In this document: piece by piece, positions 1-10,019 of the stretch
How the letters are laid out: every line of letters begins with the position of its first letter
Position numbering within the stretch: the first letter of the stretch is position 1
Notes under the pieces: generated by a model
The model's database searches: none
Seen by the model: the letters and a program-made list of their open reading frames with translations, nothing else
Told to the model about the DNA's origin: nothing
DNA from: Mycobacteriales bacterium
GTDB lineage: Bacteria > Actinomycetota > Actinomycetes > JAFAQI01
DNA: 64,000 bases
Direction of reading: 5' to 3'
Assembly: GCA_035548125.1 (NCBI GenBank)
Contig: DASZTV010000024.1
Span: 3,231-67,230 of the forward strand
Position numbers and translations under genes: made by a program

Positions 1-965
1 CAGTACGTCAGGACGATTCCGGCGCCGGCGCGCTTGATCGAACTGACCATCTCCGCGACTGCGCGGTCCCGATCCAGCCAGCCGTTCGCAGCCGCCGCCT
101 CGACCATCGCGTACTCCCCCGACACGTTGTAGGCCGCGACCGGTACGTCGACCGCGGCCGCGACCGCACTCACCACATCGAGGTAGCCGATCGCCGGCTT
201 CACCATCACGATGTCGGCTCCTTCGGCGACATCGAGACGCGCCTCTGCGACGGCCTCGGCCACGGACCGCGCCGGGTCCTGCTGGTAGGAAGACCGGTCG
301 CCGAACTGCGGCGCGCACTCCGCTGCGTCTCGGAACGGGCCGTAGAACGACGACGCGTACTTCGCGGAGTACGCCATGATCGCGACGTCCGTGCGCCCGG
401 CGCCGTCGAGCGCCGAACGGATCGCAGCGACCTGCCCGTCCATCATTCCGCTGGGCCCGACGACCTGCGCACCGGCCGCCGCCTGCGCAAGGGCGATCGA
501 CGCGTAGCGCTCGAGAGTCGCGTCGTTGTCGACGTCGCCGTCGTCGGTGAGCAGCCCGCAGTGACCATGGTCGGTGTACTCGTCGAGGCAAAGATCCGCC
601 ATCACGACGAGGTCCTGGCCGACCTCGGACACCGCGTCGCGCAGCGCGAGCTGCACGACGCCGTCCGGGTCGTCGGCGCCGCTGCCGCGCGCGTCCTTCA
701 CCGCCGGGATCCCGAACAGGATCACGCCGCCGACGCCGGCAGCCGCCGCCTCGGCGACCGCCTTCCGCGCCGAGTCCCGGGTGTGTTGCACGACGCCGGG
801 CATCGACGCGATCGGGACCGGCTCGCTCACGCCCTCCTTGACGAACAGCGGAAGCACGAGATCCGAGGGGTTGACGTCGACGTCGGCCACGAGCCGGCGC
901 AGCGCCGCCGTACGCCGCAGCCGACGGGGCCGCGACGACGGGAACGACGCCGAATCGTTGGTCAT
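1..965 (-). CDS. hemB: porphobilinogen synthase (delta-aminolevulinate dehydratase); 3' end runs off the window
   Basis: Not in the ORF track because it has no stop inside the window. Hand translation from ATG 965-963 gives MTNDSASFPSSRPRRLRRTAALRRLVADVDVNPSDLVLPLFVKEGVSEPVPIASMPGVVQHT, a typical HemB N-terminus. ATGA overlap with the upstream gene. hem operon context. Confidence 0.85.
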   Translation of the reverse strand, partial: MTNDSASFPSSRPRRLRRTAALRRLVADVDVNPSDLVLPLFVKEGVSEPVPIASMPGVVQHTRDSARKAVAEAAAAGVGGVILFGIPAVKDARGSGADDPDGVVQLALRDAVSEVGQDLVVMADLCLDEYTDHGHCGLLTDDGDVDNDATLERYASIALAQAAAGAQVVGPSGMMDGQVAAIRSALDGAGRTDVAIMAYSAKYASSFYGPFRDAAECAPQFGDRSSYQQDPARSVAEAVAEARLDVAEGADIVMVKPAIGYLDVVSAVAAAVDVPVAAYNVSGEYAMVEAAAANGWLDRDRAVAEMVSSIKRAGAGIVLTY

Positions 966-2542
966 TTCGTCCGCTTGCTCCTCGCGACGACGCGTGCCTT
1001 GTTGGCCTTGCCGGGCGGGAACGTCTCGCCTCCCTCGCGGCGCTCACGGCCGAACGCGGCCAGCGCGTCCGCGAGCACCGTCGCCGACGGTGACGGCGCA
1101 GTCACGTCCACCCGCAAGCCGAGTTCTGCTGCGGCCTTCGCGGTCTGCGGGCCGATCACGGCGATGATGCTCGACGCGTGCGGCTTGCCGGCGATACCGA
1201 CCAGGTTGCGGACCGTCGACGACGACGTGAACACCACTGCGTCGAAGCCGCCTGCCTTGATCGCCTCCCGGGTCTCGGCCGGCGGCGGTGCGGCGCGAAC
1301 CGTCCGGTACGCCGTCACGTCGTCGATCTGCCAGCCGCGCTCGAGCAGTCCTGCGGCGAGCGTCTCGGTCGCGATGTCCGCCCGCGGCAGCAACACCCGG
1401 TCGAGCGCGTCATAGGTCGCGTCGTACTGCGGCCAGTCGGCAAGGAGACCCTCGCTGGACTGCTCACCGCTCGGGAGCAGATCAGGCCGAAGCCCCCATG
1501 CCTCAACCGCCGCAGCGGTCTGGTCACCGACGCACGCGATCTTCACACCGGCGAGTGCCCGCGCGTCCAAACCGAGCTCTTCGATCTTCTCGCGGATCGC
1601 CTTCACCGCGTTGACCGATGTCAGCGCCACCCACGCGTAACGCCCCTGAACCAACCCGCGGATCGCGCGATCGACCGCCTGCGGGGTGCGGGGCGGCTCG
1701 ACCGCGATCGTCGGCACCTCCACCGGGACGGCGCCATAGGACGCCAGCCGGTCCGACAGCGGCCCGGCCTGATCCTTGGTACGAGGGACGAGGACCTTCC
1801 AGCCGAACAGCGGCTTGCTCTCCCACCACGAGAGCTTGTCCCGCAGCCGGACCACCTCGCCGACGACGGCGAGAGTCGCGCCGTCGAAGACTGCGCTGTC
1901 CCGCTCGACCGTGTCGAGCGTCGAAACCACCGTGTACTGCGAGGTCGTGGTGCCGTCGGCGGTGACGGCGACGGGGGTGTCGCCCTTCCAACCGTGCTCC
2001 ACCAGAGACGCCGCGACCTTGCCCAGCACCTTCGCGCAGTTGAGCAGGACCAGGGTCTGCCGCGGGCCGGCGAGTGACGCCCAGTCGGGCTCGTCCACCC
2101 CTTCGGCAACGTCGACCACGTGAACCGACCGATGCTTGCGGTCGGTGACGGGCACCCCTGCGTAGGCAGGCACCGCGAAGGCGGAGCTGATACCCGGGAC
2201 CAGCTCGAACCCCACCTTTGCCTTGGCGCAGGCGTCTGCCTCCTCGGCGAAGTCGCACAGGACCGTCGGGTCGCCCGGCAGTACCCGGGCAACCAGCTTG
2301 CCGGCCTTCGCTGCGGCGGCGATCGCCTTGCCGCTCACCGCACCGTCGTGGCCGTGGATGTCGAGCACCTCGACATCCACCCGGCAATGCGGAAGGAGCG
2401 TTGCGTGCAGCATCTCGGGCATCGCGACGGCGTCGGCTTCGCGCAGCACGTCGACGGCACGCAGCGTCAGCAGTCCGGGGTCGCCGGGGCCGGCGCCGAT
2501 GAAGACGACAGTGCCGGTCTTTGCTTTGGGGCGTGTGGTCAC
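962..2542 (-). CDS. hemD: bifunctional uroporphyrinogen-III C-methyltransferase / uroporphyrinogen-III synthase
   Basis: 526-aa ORF. N-terminal VVFIGAGPGDPGLLTLRA CobA/CysG-type SAM-methyltransferase motif and a HemD-like C-terminal half. Start/stop overlaps with hemC and hemB. Confidence 0.9.
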   Translation of the reverse strand: MTTRPKAKTGTVVFIGAGPGDPGLLTLRAVDVLREADAVAMPEMLHATLLPHCRVDVEVLDIHGHDGAVSGKAIAAAAKAGKLVARVLPGDPTVLCDFAEEADACAKAKVGFELVPGISSAFAVPAYAGVPVTDRKHRSVHVVDVAEGVDEPDWASLAGPRQTLVLLNCAKVLGKVAASLVEHGWKGDTPVAVTADGTTTSQYTVVSTLDTVERDSAVFDGATLAVVGEVVRLRDKLSWWESKPLFGWKVLVPRTKDQAGPLSDRLASYGAVPVEVPTIAVEPPRTPQAVDRAIRGLVQGRYAWVALTSVNAVKAIREKIEELGLDARALAGVKIACVGDQTAAAVEAWGLRPDLLPSGEQSSEGLLADWPQYDATYDALDRVLLPRADIATETLAAGLLERGWQIDDVTAYRTVRAAPPPAETREAIKAGGFDAVVFTSSSTVRNLVGIAGKPHASSIIAVIGPQTAKAAAELGLRVDVTAPSPSATVLADALAAFGRERREGGETFPPGKANKARVVARSKRTK

Positions 2543-3480
2543 TTTCTGGACTCTCCGATCAGATCGGCGGCGCCCGCTTCGATGAGCGCCGCCGCCAGAC
2601 GATTGCCGACGTCCTCGGGTTCCCCGAGTCCGCCGGTCATGGACAACCGCACAGCGCGCGAGCCGTCGATGTCAGCGACGACCGCCCGCAGATAGATCTC
2701 TTCTTCCCCCTCATCACCAACGGCAACGTCGGCGAGTGCTCCTACCGGCGCGGTGCAGCCGGCCTCGAGCCTGGCGAGCAGCGCGCGCTCCGCCGCCACT
2801 GCCGCCCGGCTCGTCGGATCGTCGAGCGCCGCGGCCAGCTGCCCGGCCAACACCTGGTCTCCCGCTCGGCACTCGACCGCGAGCGCCCCCTGCCCGGGCG
2901 CGGGAAGCAGCTGTCCCGGGTCGAGGATCTCGGTGACGACCTCCCTGCGGCCGAGGCGGTCGAGCCCCGCCGCCGCCACGACGACGGCGTCGAGCTCACC
3001 CGACGTCACCTTCGCGACGCGGGTGTCGACGTTTCCCCTGATCGGAACGATCTCCAGGCCGTAACCGAGTGCTCGCAGCTGGGCGGCACGACGCGGCGAA
3101 CCGGTGCCGACTCGGGATCCGCCGGGCAGCTCGGTGAGCGTCGCGCCGTCGCGGGCGACCAGCGCGTCACGCGGATCCGCGCGGCGCGGAATCGCGGCGA
3201 GGACGAGATCAGCGGCAGCGGCAGTGGGAAGGTCCTTCAGCGAGTGGACCGCGAAGTCGATCTCTCCCGCAGTGAGCGCGCGGCGAAGCTCGTTGACGAA
3301 CACACCGGTGCCGAGCTCTCCGACCGGTGCCGGGGAGCGGTCGCCGTCACTGGACAGTTCGACCAGCTCGACCACGTGACCGGCGTCCCGCAAGACCTGC
3401 GCGACCAGCCCGGACTGCGCCAGCGCGAGCGCCGAGCGACGGGTCCCGAGTCGCAGCGTCCCGGTGGCGAGCGCCGTCAC
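2539..3480 (-). CDS. hemC: porphobilinogen deaminase (hydroxymethylbilane synthase)
   Basis: 313-aa ORF with LRLGTRRSALALAQS... and ...GNVDTRVAKV motifs. Overlaps the hemA stop and the hemD start. Confidence 0.93.
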   Translation of the reverse strand: MTALATGTLRLGTRRSALALAQSGLVAQVLRDAGHVVELVELSSDGDRSPAPVGELGTGVFVNELRRALTAGEIDFAVHSLKDLPTAAAADLVLAAIPRRADPRDALVARDGATLTELPGGSRVGTGSPRRAAQLRALGYGLEIVPIRGNVDTRVAKVTSGELDAVVVAAAGLDRLGRREVVTEILDPGQLLPAPGQGALAVECRAGDQVLAGQLAAALDDPTSRAAVAAERALLARLEAGCTAPVGALADVAVGDEGEEEIYLRAVVADIDGSRAVRLSMTGGLGEPEDVGNRLAAALIEAGAADLIGESRK

Positions 3481-4784
3481 GACGACGCCTCGTCTTCCTC
3501 GACCACGACAGCCGCGCGAGCAACGGCTTCCGTCGCAGACGGGTTCAGCGCGAAGAGCTCGCGCAGGACGTCGGCGTAGGAGTCGCCGCCGGGCGCCTCC
3601 GCCAGTTCCTTCACGCGGACAGTCGGTGCGTGAAGCAGCTTGTCGACGACCCGCTCGACCGCCTGGCGCAGCTCACGAACGGTGCGCTCGTCCGCATCCC
3701 TAAGCCGTCCGAGCAGGCGGCCCATCTCGGCATCGACCACCTGCTGGGCTCGCTCGCGCAGTGCGACGACGGTTGGCGCGACGCGATCGGCGCGCTGCCG
3801 TGCGAGGTAGGCGCCGACTTCCTCGTGCACGATCCGACGAACCGCCTCGACCTCCTGCGCGACCTGCGCACCGAGCAGTGCCTCGCCCAGCACGTCGAGG
3901 TCAACGACTGTCACCCCCGGCAGGTCGCGGGCAGCCGGGTCGACGTCGCGCGGCATCGCAAGGTCCAGGACGAAGACCGGTCGCGTGGCACGGTCGGCGA
4001 ACACATCGGCGGCCACGACAATTCCGAGGGCGCCGGTGCACGAGACGATGAGGTCCGATTCGGCGACGACTGACGGCAGGTCACCCGGCGTCGCGGCCTG
4101 GCCCCCAACCTGGCGGGCCAGCCGTTCCGCCCGGGACTCGGTGCGGTTGACGACCGTGACCTGCGCCGCGCCGCGCGCGGCGAGCTCGGTCGCTGCGATC
4201 GTGCTCATCGAACCTGCCCCGACGACGACGGCACGCTTGCCGGACACTCCGTCGAGGGAGGTCTCGGCGAGGTCGAGGCCCGCCGCGACGATCGAGCGCC
4301 CGGCCCGGTCGATGCCGGTCTCGGAGTGCGCGCGCTTCCCGACTCGCAGCGCGTTGTCGACCACCGAACCGAGCGCTCGCCCGATCGTGCTCTCCTCGCG
4401 TGCCAGGTTGAGCGCGCTACGCAGCTGCCCGAGGATCTGCTGCTCGCCGAGGACCATCGAGTCCAGGCCGGCGGCGACCTCGAACACGTGCTGGACCGCA
4501 CGGTCCTCGTAGTGGACGTACAGATGATCGGTGAGGACATCGAGCTCGACGCCGGTGTGAGAGGCGATCGCCTCGCCGATCTCCTTGACGCCGCCGTGGA
4601 ACTTCGTCACGTCGGCGTGCACCTCGAGCCGGTTACAGGTCGCGAGAACCAACGCCTCGGAGATGTGCTCGGCACGGACCAGGTCGTGGACCAGCTTGGT
4701 CAGCTGGTCGCCGTCCAACGCCACCCGCTCGAGCAGCTCGACCGGCGTCGACCGATGCGACAGCCCCACCGCCAGCAGGCTCAC
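3477..4784 (-). CDS. hemA: glutamyl-tRNA reductase
   Basis: Track ORF 3477..5111 carries an Arg-rich 5' extension that overlaps rex. The conserved HemA N-terminus VSLLAVGLSHRSTPVELLERV begins at GTG 4784, in a GTGA overlap with the rex stop. TCNRLE active-site motif present. Confidence 0.9.
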   Translation of the reverse strand: MSLLAVGLSHRSTPVELLERVALDGDQLTKLVHDLVRAEHISEALVLATCNRLEVHADVTKFHGGVKEIGEAIASHTGVELDVLTDHLYVHYEDRAVQHVFEVAAGLDSMVLGEQQILGQLRSALNLAREESTIGRALGSVVDNALRVGKRAHSETGIDRAGRSIVAAGLDLAETSLDGVSGKRAVVVGAGSMSTIAATELAARGAAQVTVVNRTESRAERLARQVGGQAATPGDLPSVVAESDLIVSCTGALGIVVAADVFADRATRPVFVLDLAMPRDVDPAARDLPGVTVVDLDVLGEALLGAQVAQEVEAVRRIVHEEVGAYLARQRADRVAPTVVALRERAQQVVDAEMGRLLGRLRDADERTVRELRQAVERVVDKLLHAPTVRVKELAEAPGGDSYADVLRELFALNPSATEAVARAAVVVEEDEASS

Positions 4785-5512
4785 GGCCGCCACCCCGCCC
4801 GCTGGCCGACCGCAGCGTCGGCTTCGCCGGCACCTCCCGTGGCCTCCGAGACGAGCGACTTGCGCTGCTCGTGGAACGCCAGGATCTGCAGCTCGATCGA
4901 CAGGTCGACCTTGCGCACGTCGACCCCCTCGGGCACCGACAGCACGACGGGTGCGAAGTTCAGGACGCTCGTCACGCCGCTCGCGACGAGGCGGTCGCAG
5001 ACCTCCTGTGCGGCTCCGGCGGGAGTCGCGATCACCCCGATCGAGACCTCGTGCTCGGCAACGATCGCCTCGAGCTCGTCGACGTGACGGACCTCGAGGC
5101 CGGCGATGCACTCCCCGACCCGCGCCCGGTCGGCGTCGACCAGTGCGGCCACCCGGAAGCCGCGGGTTCCGAAACCCGCATACCCGGCGAGCGCGTGGCC
5201 GAGGTTGCCGACGCCGACGATCACCACGCTGTAGTGCTGGGTGAGGCCGAGCACGCGGGAGATCTGGTAGATCAAGTACTCCACGTCGTACCCCACGCCG
5301 CGGGTTCCGTAGGAGCCGAGGTGGGACAGGTCCTTGCGGAGCTTCGCCGGACCCACGCCGGCCGCCTGGGCGAGCGTCTCGGAGGAGACGGTCGACACCC
5401 CGGTCTCGGCGAACCCGGTGAGCACTCGTAGGTACACCGGAAGCCGGGCGACGGTGGCTTCCGAAATCGCGCCTCGCCGCGCGGCACGGCGCGGCAACTC
5501 GGTCACGGACAC
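4781..5512 (-). CDS. rex: redox-sensing transcriptional repressor Rex
   Basis: 243-aa ORF. Winged-helix segment ATVARLPVYLRVL followed by Rossmann motif IVGVGNLGHALAGY. First gene of a rex-hemACDB arrangement as in Streptomyces. Confidence 0.92.
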   Translation of the reverse strand: MSVTELPRRAARRGAISEATVARLPVYLRVLTGFAETGVSTVSSETLAQAAGVGPAKLRKDLSHLGSYGTRGVGYDVEYLIYQISRVLGLTQHYSVVIVGVGNLGHALAGYAGFGTRGFRVAALVDADRARVGECIAGLEVRHVDELEAIVAEHEVSIGVIATPAGAAQEVCDRLVASGVTSVLNFAPVVLSVPEGVDVRKVDLSIELQILAFHEQRKSLVSEATGGAGEADAAVGQRAGWRP

Positions 5513-5582
5513 TGCAGGCTCATTTGAGCGAGGACTCCAAACCGCGCGCCCGACAAGGCGGCAGAGGGTGACGATAACTCGA

Positions 5583-5600
5583 TTGTGAACGCGTGCACAA
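5583..5600. promoter_or_regulatory. Rex operator (ROP) upstream of rex
   Basis: TTGTGAACGCGTGCACAA lies 71 nt upstream of the rex start. It differs at one position from the palindromic consensus TTGTGAA-N4-TTCACAA. Confidence 0.8.
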
Positions 5601-5670
5601 AACGGTTGTGCGTTCGTGAAAGCCCGGTTCGGGCCGCGCCACGTGCCGGACCGCGAGACTTCTAGGATCG

Positions 5671-6870
5671 ATGTCGATGAGCAGCGAGTGGGGTCGCATC
5701 GACGCCGACGGATCGGTCTATCTGAAGACTGCCGGCGGCGAGCGGCTGATCGGCTCCTGGCAGGCCGGCTCGCTCGAAGAGGGCCTCGCCTTCTACACGA
5801 AGCGCTACGACGATCTCAATGCCGACGTCGTGCTCCTCGAAGGTCGGGTGAAGTCGCCGTCGGCCGACCCGAAGGCGGTGAAGGAGGCGGCGCTCAAGCT
5901 CGCCGCAACCGTCCCCGAGGCCGCAGCGATCGGCAACCTGGAGAGCCTTACCAAGCGCCTCGAAGGCGTCGTCGCCAAGGCCGACGAACGGCTGGCGGAG
6001 CGCGCCGCGGAACGAGCGAAGGCGGCGGAAGCCGACGTCGAGCGCAAGCGGGCTCTCGTCGCCGAGGCCGAGCGGCTCGCGACGAGCGACTCCTGGAAGG
6101 CCGGCTCGGAACGGTTCCGGGCGATCGTCGAGGAGTGGAAGACGATCCGGATCGACCGCAAGACGGACTCGGCGCTGTGGGAAGCGTTCGCGGCCGCTCG
6201 ACGGTCCTTCGACGCGCGTCGCCGGGCGCACTTCGCCGAGCTGGACGCAGCGCGCGAGGCAGCCGCGGAGCGCAAGACCAAGCTCGCAGCGGAGGCCGAG
6301 AAGCTCGCCGAGTCCTCGGAGTGGGGTCCGACCGCCAAACGCTTCCGTGACCTCATGGCGGAGTGGAAGGCGGCCGGCCGAGCCACGCGCGAAGCCGACG
6401 ACCAGCTCTGGCAGCGCTTCAAGAGCGCGCAGGACAAGTTCTTCGAGCGGCGCTCGGAGGTGTTCAACGCCCGCGACGAGGAGCAGGCCACCAACCTCAC
6501 CGCGAAGCGCGAGCTCATCGCCGAGGCCGCGACGCTGGACGCCGCGAAGGACCCGGAGGGCGCCCGGAAGCGACTGAAGTCGATCCACGACCGCTGGGAG
6601 AAGATCGGCCACGTCCCGCGCGACGAGAAGGACAGACTCGAGCGCGAGCTCGGCGACATCGAGCGCGCGATCCGCGAGGCGACGAACGCGGCCCGCAAGG
6701 TCGAGGTGCCGGAGTCACCACTCGTCATCCGGTTGCGGGAATCGGTGGAGAAGCTGCAAGCACGCCTCGAGCGCGCGCGATCGGCTGGTGACGACAAGCT
6801 CGCGGCAGAGACCCAGGAAGCACTGTCCACGCAGCGCGAGTGGCTTGCCCAGGCCGAGGCCGCGAGCTAG
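5671..6870 (+). CDS. DUF349 domain-containing protein
   Basis: 399-aa helical, Glu/Arg/Ala-rich ORF with the repeated DUF349 signature (ALWEAFAAARRSFDARRRAHF, QLWQRFKSAQDKFFERRSEVF, ...IHDRWEKIGHVPR). Confidence 0.85.
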   Translation: MSMSSEWGRIDADGSVYLKTAGGERLIGSWQAGSLEEGLAFYTKRYDDLNADVVLLEGRVKSPSADPKAVKEAALKLAATVPEAAAIGNLESLTKRLEGVVAKADERLAERAAERAKAAEADVERKRALVAEAERLATSDSWKAGSERFRAIVEEWKTIRIDRKTDSALWEAFAAARRSFDARRRAHFAELDAAREAAAERKTKLAAEAEKLAESSEWGPTAKRFRDLMAEWKAAGRATREADDQLWQRFKSAQDKFFERRSEVFNARDEEQATNLTAKRELIAEAATLDAAKDPEGARKRLKSIHDRWEKIGHVPRDEKDRLERELGDIERAIREATNAARKVEVPESPLVIRLRESVEKLQARLERARSAGDDKLAAETQEALSTQREWLAQAEAAS

Positions 6871-6874
6871 CGGT

Positions 6875-7129
6875 TCAGCCCGCGAGCGCGGTTCGCAGCC
6901 GTGCCGGGTCCACGCGGAAGATGTCGTGGACCGCACCGTCGACCAGCACGACCGGCACCATCTCGCGCCACTCGCCGCGGCGAGCGGCGTCGGCAACGTC
7001 GGCCAGGTTCGTCGAGCGCCAGCCGACGCCGAGCTCGGCACATACCCGCTCGATGACGGCGACGGCGTCCTCGCACAGGTGGCAGCCCGGGTTCACGACC
7101 ACCTCGACCCGCTCGCCGGATCCGGCCAT
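6875..7129 (-). CDS. glutaredoxin-like protein (Rv0508-like)
   Basis: MAGSGERVEVVVNPGCHLCEDAVAVIERV... with a CxxC motif. The internal ATG at 7129 avoids overlap with the upstream ligase gene (stop at 7132). The track ORF extends to 7225. Confidence 0.75.
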   Translation of the reverse strand: MAGSGERVEVVVNPGCHLCEDAVAVIERVCAELGVGWRSTNLADVADAARRGEWREMVPVVLVDGAVHDIFRVDPARLRTALAG

Positions 7130-7131
7130 CG

Positions 7132-8637
7132 CTACGAGGGGGTCGACTCGCGCAGCCTGCCGCGCGCGACCTTGCCGACCAGCGAGTGGGGCAGCTCGTC
7201 GACGAACTCCACGGCCGTCGGGCACTTGAACCTGGCCAGCCGACTCGCGGCGTAGTCGATCAGCGCTTCGGCCGACGGGGAGGCACCGGAGCGAGGCACG
7301 ACCAACACCTTCACGGTCTCGCCGGTGTAGGGATGGGCCACGCCGATCGCGGCGACCTCGGCGACGTCGGGATGCTGCAACAGCGCCTCCTCGACCTCGC
7401 GCGGATAGACGTTGAAGCCGCTGACGATGATCAGGTCGCGCGCCCGGTCGACGAGGAACAAGTCGCCGTCGCTGTCGAGGTAGCCGATGTCACCGGTCCG
7501 GAACCAGCCGTTCTCGTCCGGCCCGCCCGAGCCGTCCGACCAGTACCCGGAGAACAGGTTCGGACCGCGAACGACGACCTCGCCCGCGTCGTCGCGGATC
7601 TCGTCGTCGTCGAGGTCGAGATCGGTGTCCAGCGAGATCTGAAGCTCCACGCCGGGAACCGGTCGGCCGACGCTCCCCGGCTTGGCCACCTCACTGCACA
7701 ACGTTGTCGTGAGCACCGGTGCGGTCTCTGTGAGGCCGTAGCCCTCGAAGATGTGGTGACCGCTCGCCTCCAGCACCGCGGACAGTACGGCTGGGGCAAG
7801 CGGAGCTGCGCCCGACAGCACCAGACGAACGTTCGACAGTGAGTCGCCGAGATCGGGCAGCATCGACCACGCGACGAACATCGGCGGCGCGCCGAGCAGC
7901 GCACTGACCTGCTGCTCGCGGACCAGGGCAAGCGTCTCGACCGGGTCGAAGCGGGCGGCGAGGACACCGGTTGCCGCCGTCCGGGCGATCATCCCGAGAC
8001 CGCTGTTGAGGCCGTACACGTGGAACAGCGGCAGCACGAGCAGAACCCGATCGTCCGCCTGTACGACCGGGGGGTCGATGTTCGAGAGCTGGTCGAGGTT
8101 CGCCAGGAGCGCGCGATGACTGAGCATCGCGCCGCGCGGCCGGCCGGAGGTGCCGGAGGTGTAGAGCAGCACGGCGAGGTCCTCGCCGCCGCCGGTTGCC
8201 GGGGCGGGCTGTCCATCACCCGTGCCGAGCAGCTGGCTCCACCCACCGGCGCCGCCGTCGACCACGATCGTGGTGACCTCGCCCGCCTCGGTCAGCACCG
8301 CTCGGTGCTCGTCGTCGGTGATGACCAGCGACGTCGCGGCGTCGTTCAGCTGATAGCCGAGTTCCGGCGCCGTGTAACCGGTGTTGAGCGGCACGGCGAC
8401 GAGTCCGGCACGAAGGACGCCGAAATAGGCGATCGCGAACGGGATGGAGTTAGGCAGCAGCAACCCGATCCGGGAGCCCACGTCGTACCCCGCGGCACGC
8501 AGCCCGGCGGCGCACCGTGAGACGTCACGGTCGAGCTCGGCCCATGTGACCGTCTGGTCGCCCGCCACCAGGGCGGCCTTGTCCGGCGACGCCGCCGCCG
8601 CGGCGCTCACCAGATCGGCAAGGTTGGTGGCCGCCAT
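7132..8637 (-). CDS. AMP-dependent acyl-CoA synthetase / long-chain fatty-acid--CoA ligase
   Basis: 501-aa ORF with AMP-binding motif LLYTSGTSGRPRGAMLSH and C-terminal GDIGYLDSDGDLFLVDR / GKVARGRL motifs. Confidence 0.9.
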   Translation of the reverse strand: MAATNLADLVSAAAAASPDKAALVAGDQTVTWAELDRDVSRCAAGLRAAGYDVGSRIGLLLPNSIPFAIAYFGVLRAGLVAVPLNTGYTAPELGYQLNDAATSLVITDDEHRAVLTEAGEVTTIVVDGGAGGWSQLLGTGDGQPAPATGGGEDLAVLLYTSGTSGRPRGAMLSHRALLANLDQLSNIDPPVVQADDRVLLVLPLFHVYGLNSGLGMIARTAATGVLAARFDPVETLALVREQQVSALLGAPPMFVAWSMLPDLGDSLSNVRLVLSGAAPLAPAVLSAVLEASGHHIFEGYGLTETAPVLTTTLCSEVAKPGSVGRPVPGVELQISLDTDLDLDDDEIRDDAGEVVVRGPNLFSGYWSDGSGGPDENGWFRTGDIGYLDSDGDLFLVDRARDLIIVSGFNVYPREVEEALLQHPDVAEVAAIGVAHPYTGETVKVLVVPRSGASPSAEALIDYAASRLARFKCPTAVEFVDELPHSLVGKVARGRLRESTPS

Positions 8638-8690
8638 GTGCCGAGTGTTTCACACTTGCAAGCACTCCTCGGCGGCCGAACGGTCCCTCG

Positions 8691-10019
8691 TCAGGGCGCG
8701 TCGGCGACCGGCGGCAGGGCATCCACCCACCGTCGTCCCGAGGCCATCTCGACGTGCTCGGCCGCGTCCAGCAACGCAGCCTCGTTGCCCCAAGCGGCGA
8801 GCAGCTGCAGGCCGATCGGCAGCCCGCTCGGATGCAGGCCGACCGGCACCGAGATCCCCGGCACCCCGGCGAGGTTTGCCGCGACGGCCTGCCGCAGGTT
8901 CGCCGGGTCCGCCATCGCGGGCCCCGAGGGCAGCTGGATCACGGGAGCCTCGATCGGTGGCGCGGGCGCGGGATTCGTGGGCCAGGCGAGGAGGTCGACC
9001 CGCTCGAACGCGGCCGCGAACTCCCGCCGCAGCCGGGCGCGCACCCGGTCGGCCCGAAGCAGCCGCGATGCGGGGATCGTTGTCGCATAGCCGATCATGC
9101 CGCGGGTCAGCGGGTCGAGCTCGGGCAACAGGTCCGCAGGGACCGCCGCCGAAAGCTCAACGCTCGCCCTCACCCCACCGGCGGCGGAACCGAGCTCGGC
9201 AAATCGGATCGTCACGTCCTCGGTGGCGAACCCCGCGACGTCGAGAGCGGCGGTGCAGGCGTCGGCGACCGCGGGGTCGACGTCGTCCCAGTACGGAGCC
9301 CGCACGACCCCGACGCGCAGTCGCGAACCGTCGTTGCGGGGCAGTGGACGGTGGAGGAGCGCGGCGGCGACCAGCCGCGCGTCAGCGCTGTCGCGGCCGA
9401 ACGCGCCGGGTGCCGACAACGTCGAGTTGCTCCCGGGGTACCCGTCGTACGGAAGCGCGCCGTAGGTCAGCTTCAACCCGACGACGCCGCACCATCCCGC
9501 CGGCAGCCGGGTCGAGCCACCACTGTCACTCCCCACTGAACCGCCGACCAGCCGGGCGCCGACCGCGGCCGCCGAGCCGCCCGAGGAACCCCCGCTGCAA
9601 TGCGCCGGATTCCAGGGGTTGCCCGACGGACCGTACGTCGAGACCAAACCGGTGGTGCCGAGCCCGAGCTCGTGCTGGTTGTCCACGCCGACCACGACCG
9701 CCCCCGCGTCGCGCAGCCGGCGGAACACGCCCGACGGCCCGGCCGCGCCGAGCTCGTGTGCGGTACCGCTGTGGTAGCCCCGCCAGGGCAGCGCGAACAT
9801 GTCCTTCACCGTGACGGGCACGCCGTGCAGCGGTCCGGAAGGTGCCGCCTCCGCCATCGCTCGCGACTGCTCGGGGAAGGTCACCGCGACGGCGTTGACC
9901 GTCGCGTTGCGCTCCTCGATCCGCACGAGCGTCGCCTCGAGCAGCTCCACCGACGACAGCTCGCCACGGGCGACCGCGGACGCCTGGTCACGCAGCGAAA
10001 GATCCTGCGGATGGCTCAT
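8691..10019 (-). CDS. amidase (amidase-signature family, possibly AtzE/GatA-like)
   Basis: 442-aa ORF with the amidase signature GGSSGGSAAAV and conserved upstream Lys/Ser context. Its start overlaps the stop of a 51-aa ORF (ATGA). Confidence 0.9.
   Translation of the reverse strand: MSHPQDLSLRDQASAVARGELSSVELLEATLVRIEERNATVNAVAVTFPEQSRAMAEAAPSGPLHGVPVTVKDMFALPWRGYHSGTAHELGAAGPSGVFRRLRDAGAVVVGVDNQHELGLGTTGLVSTYGPSGNPWNPAHCSGGSSGGSAAAVGARLVGGSVGSDSGGSTRLPAGWCGVVGLKLTYGALPYDGYPGSNSTLSAPGAFGRDSADARLVAAALLHRPLPRNDGSRLRVGVVRAPYWDDVDPAVADACTAALDVAGFATEDVTIRFAELGSAAGGVRASVELSAAVPADLLPELDPLTRGMIGYATTIPASRLLRADRVRARLRREFAAAFERVDLLAWPTNPAPAPPIEAPVIQLPSGPAMADPANLRQAVAANLAGVPGISVPVGLHPSGLPIGLQLLAAWGNEAALLDAAEHVEMASGRRWVDALPPVADAP

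Noticed and set aside
5606-5620. Possible second Rex half-site, TTGTGCGTTCGTGAA, next to the ROP
   Set aside because: Only the left half (TTGTG) matches, and no TTCACAA partner sits at the right spacing.
8444-9814. 456-aa plus-strand Arg/Pro-rich ORF. Similar ORFs occur at 16510..18186, 43800..45344, 61074..62450, 22822..24324 and 34547..35689.
   Set aside because: All are antisense to, or out of frame with, genes that have strong family motifs. Their compositions (runs of R, P, A, G) are those expected from non-coding frames of GC-rich DNA.
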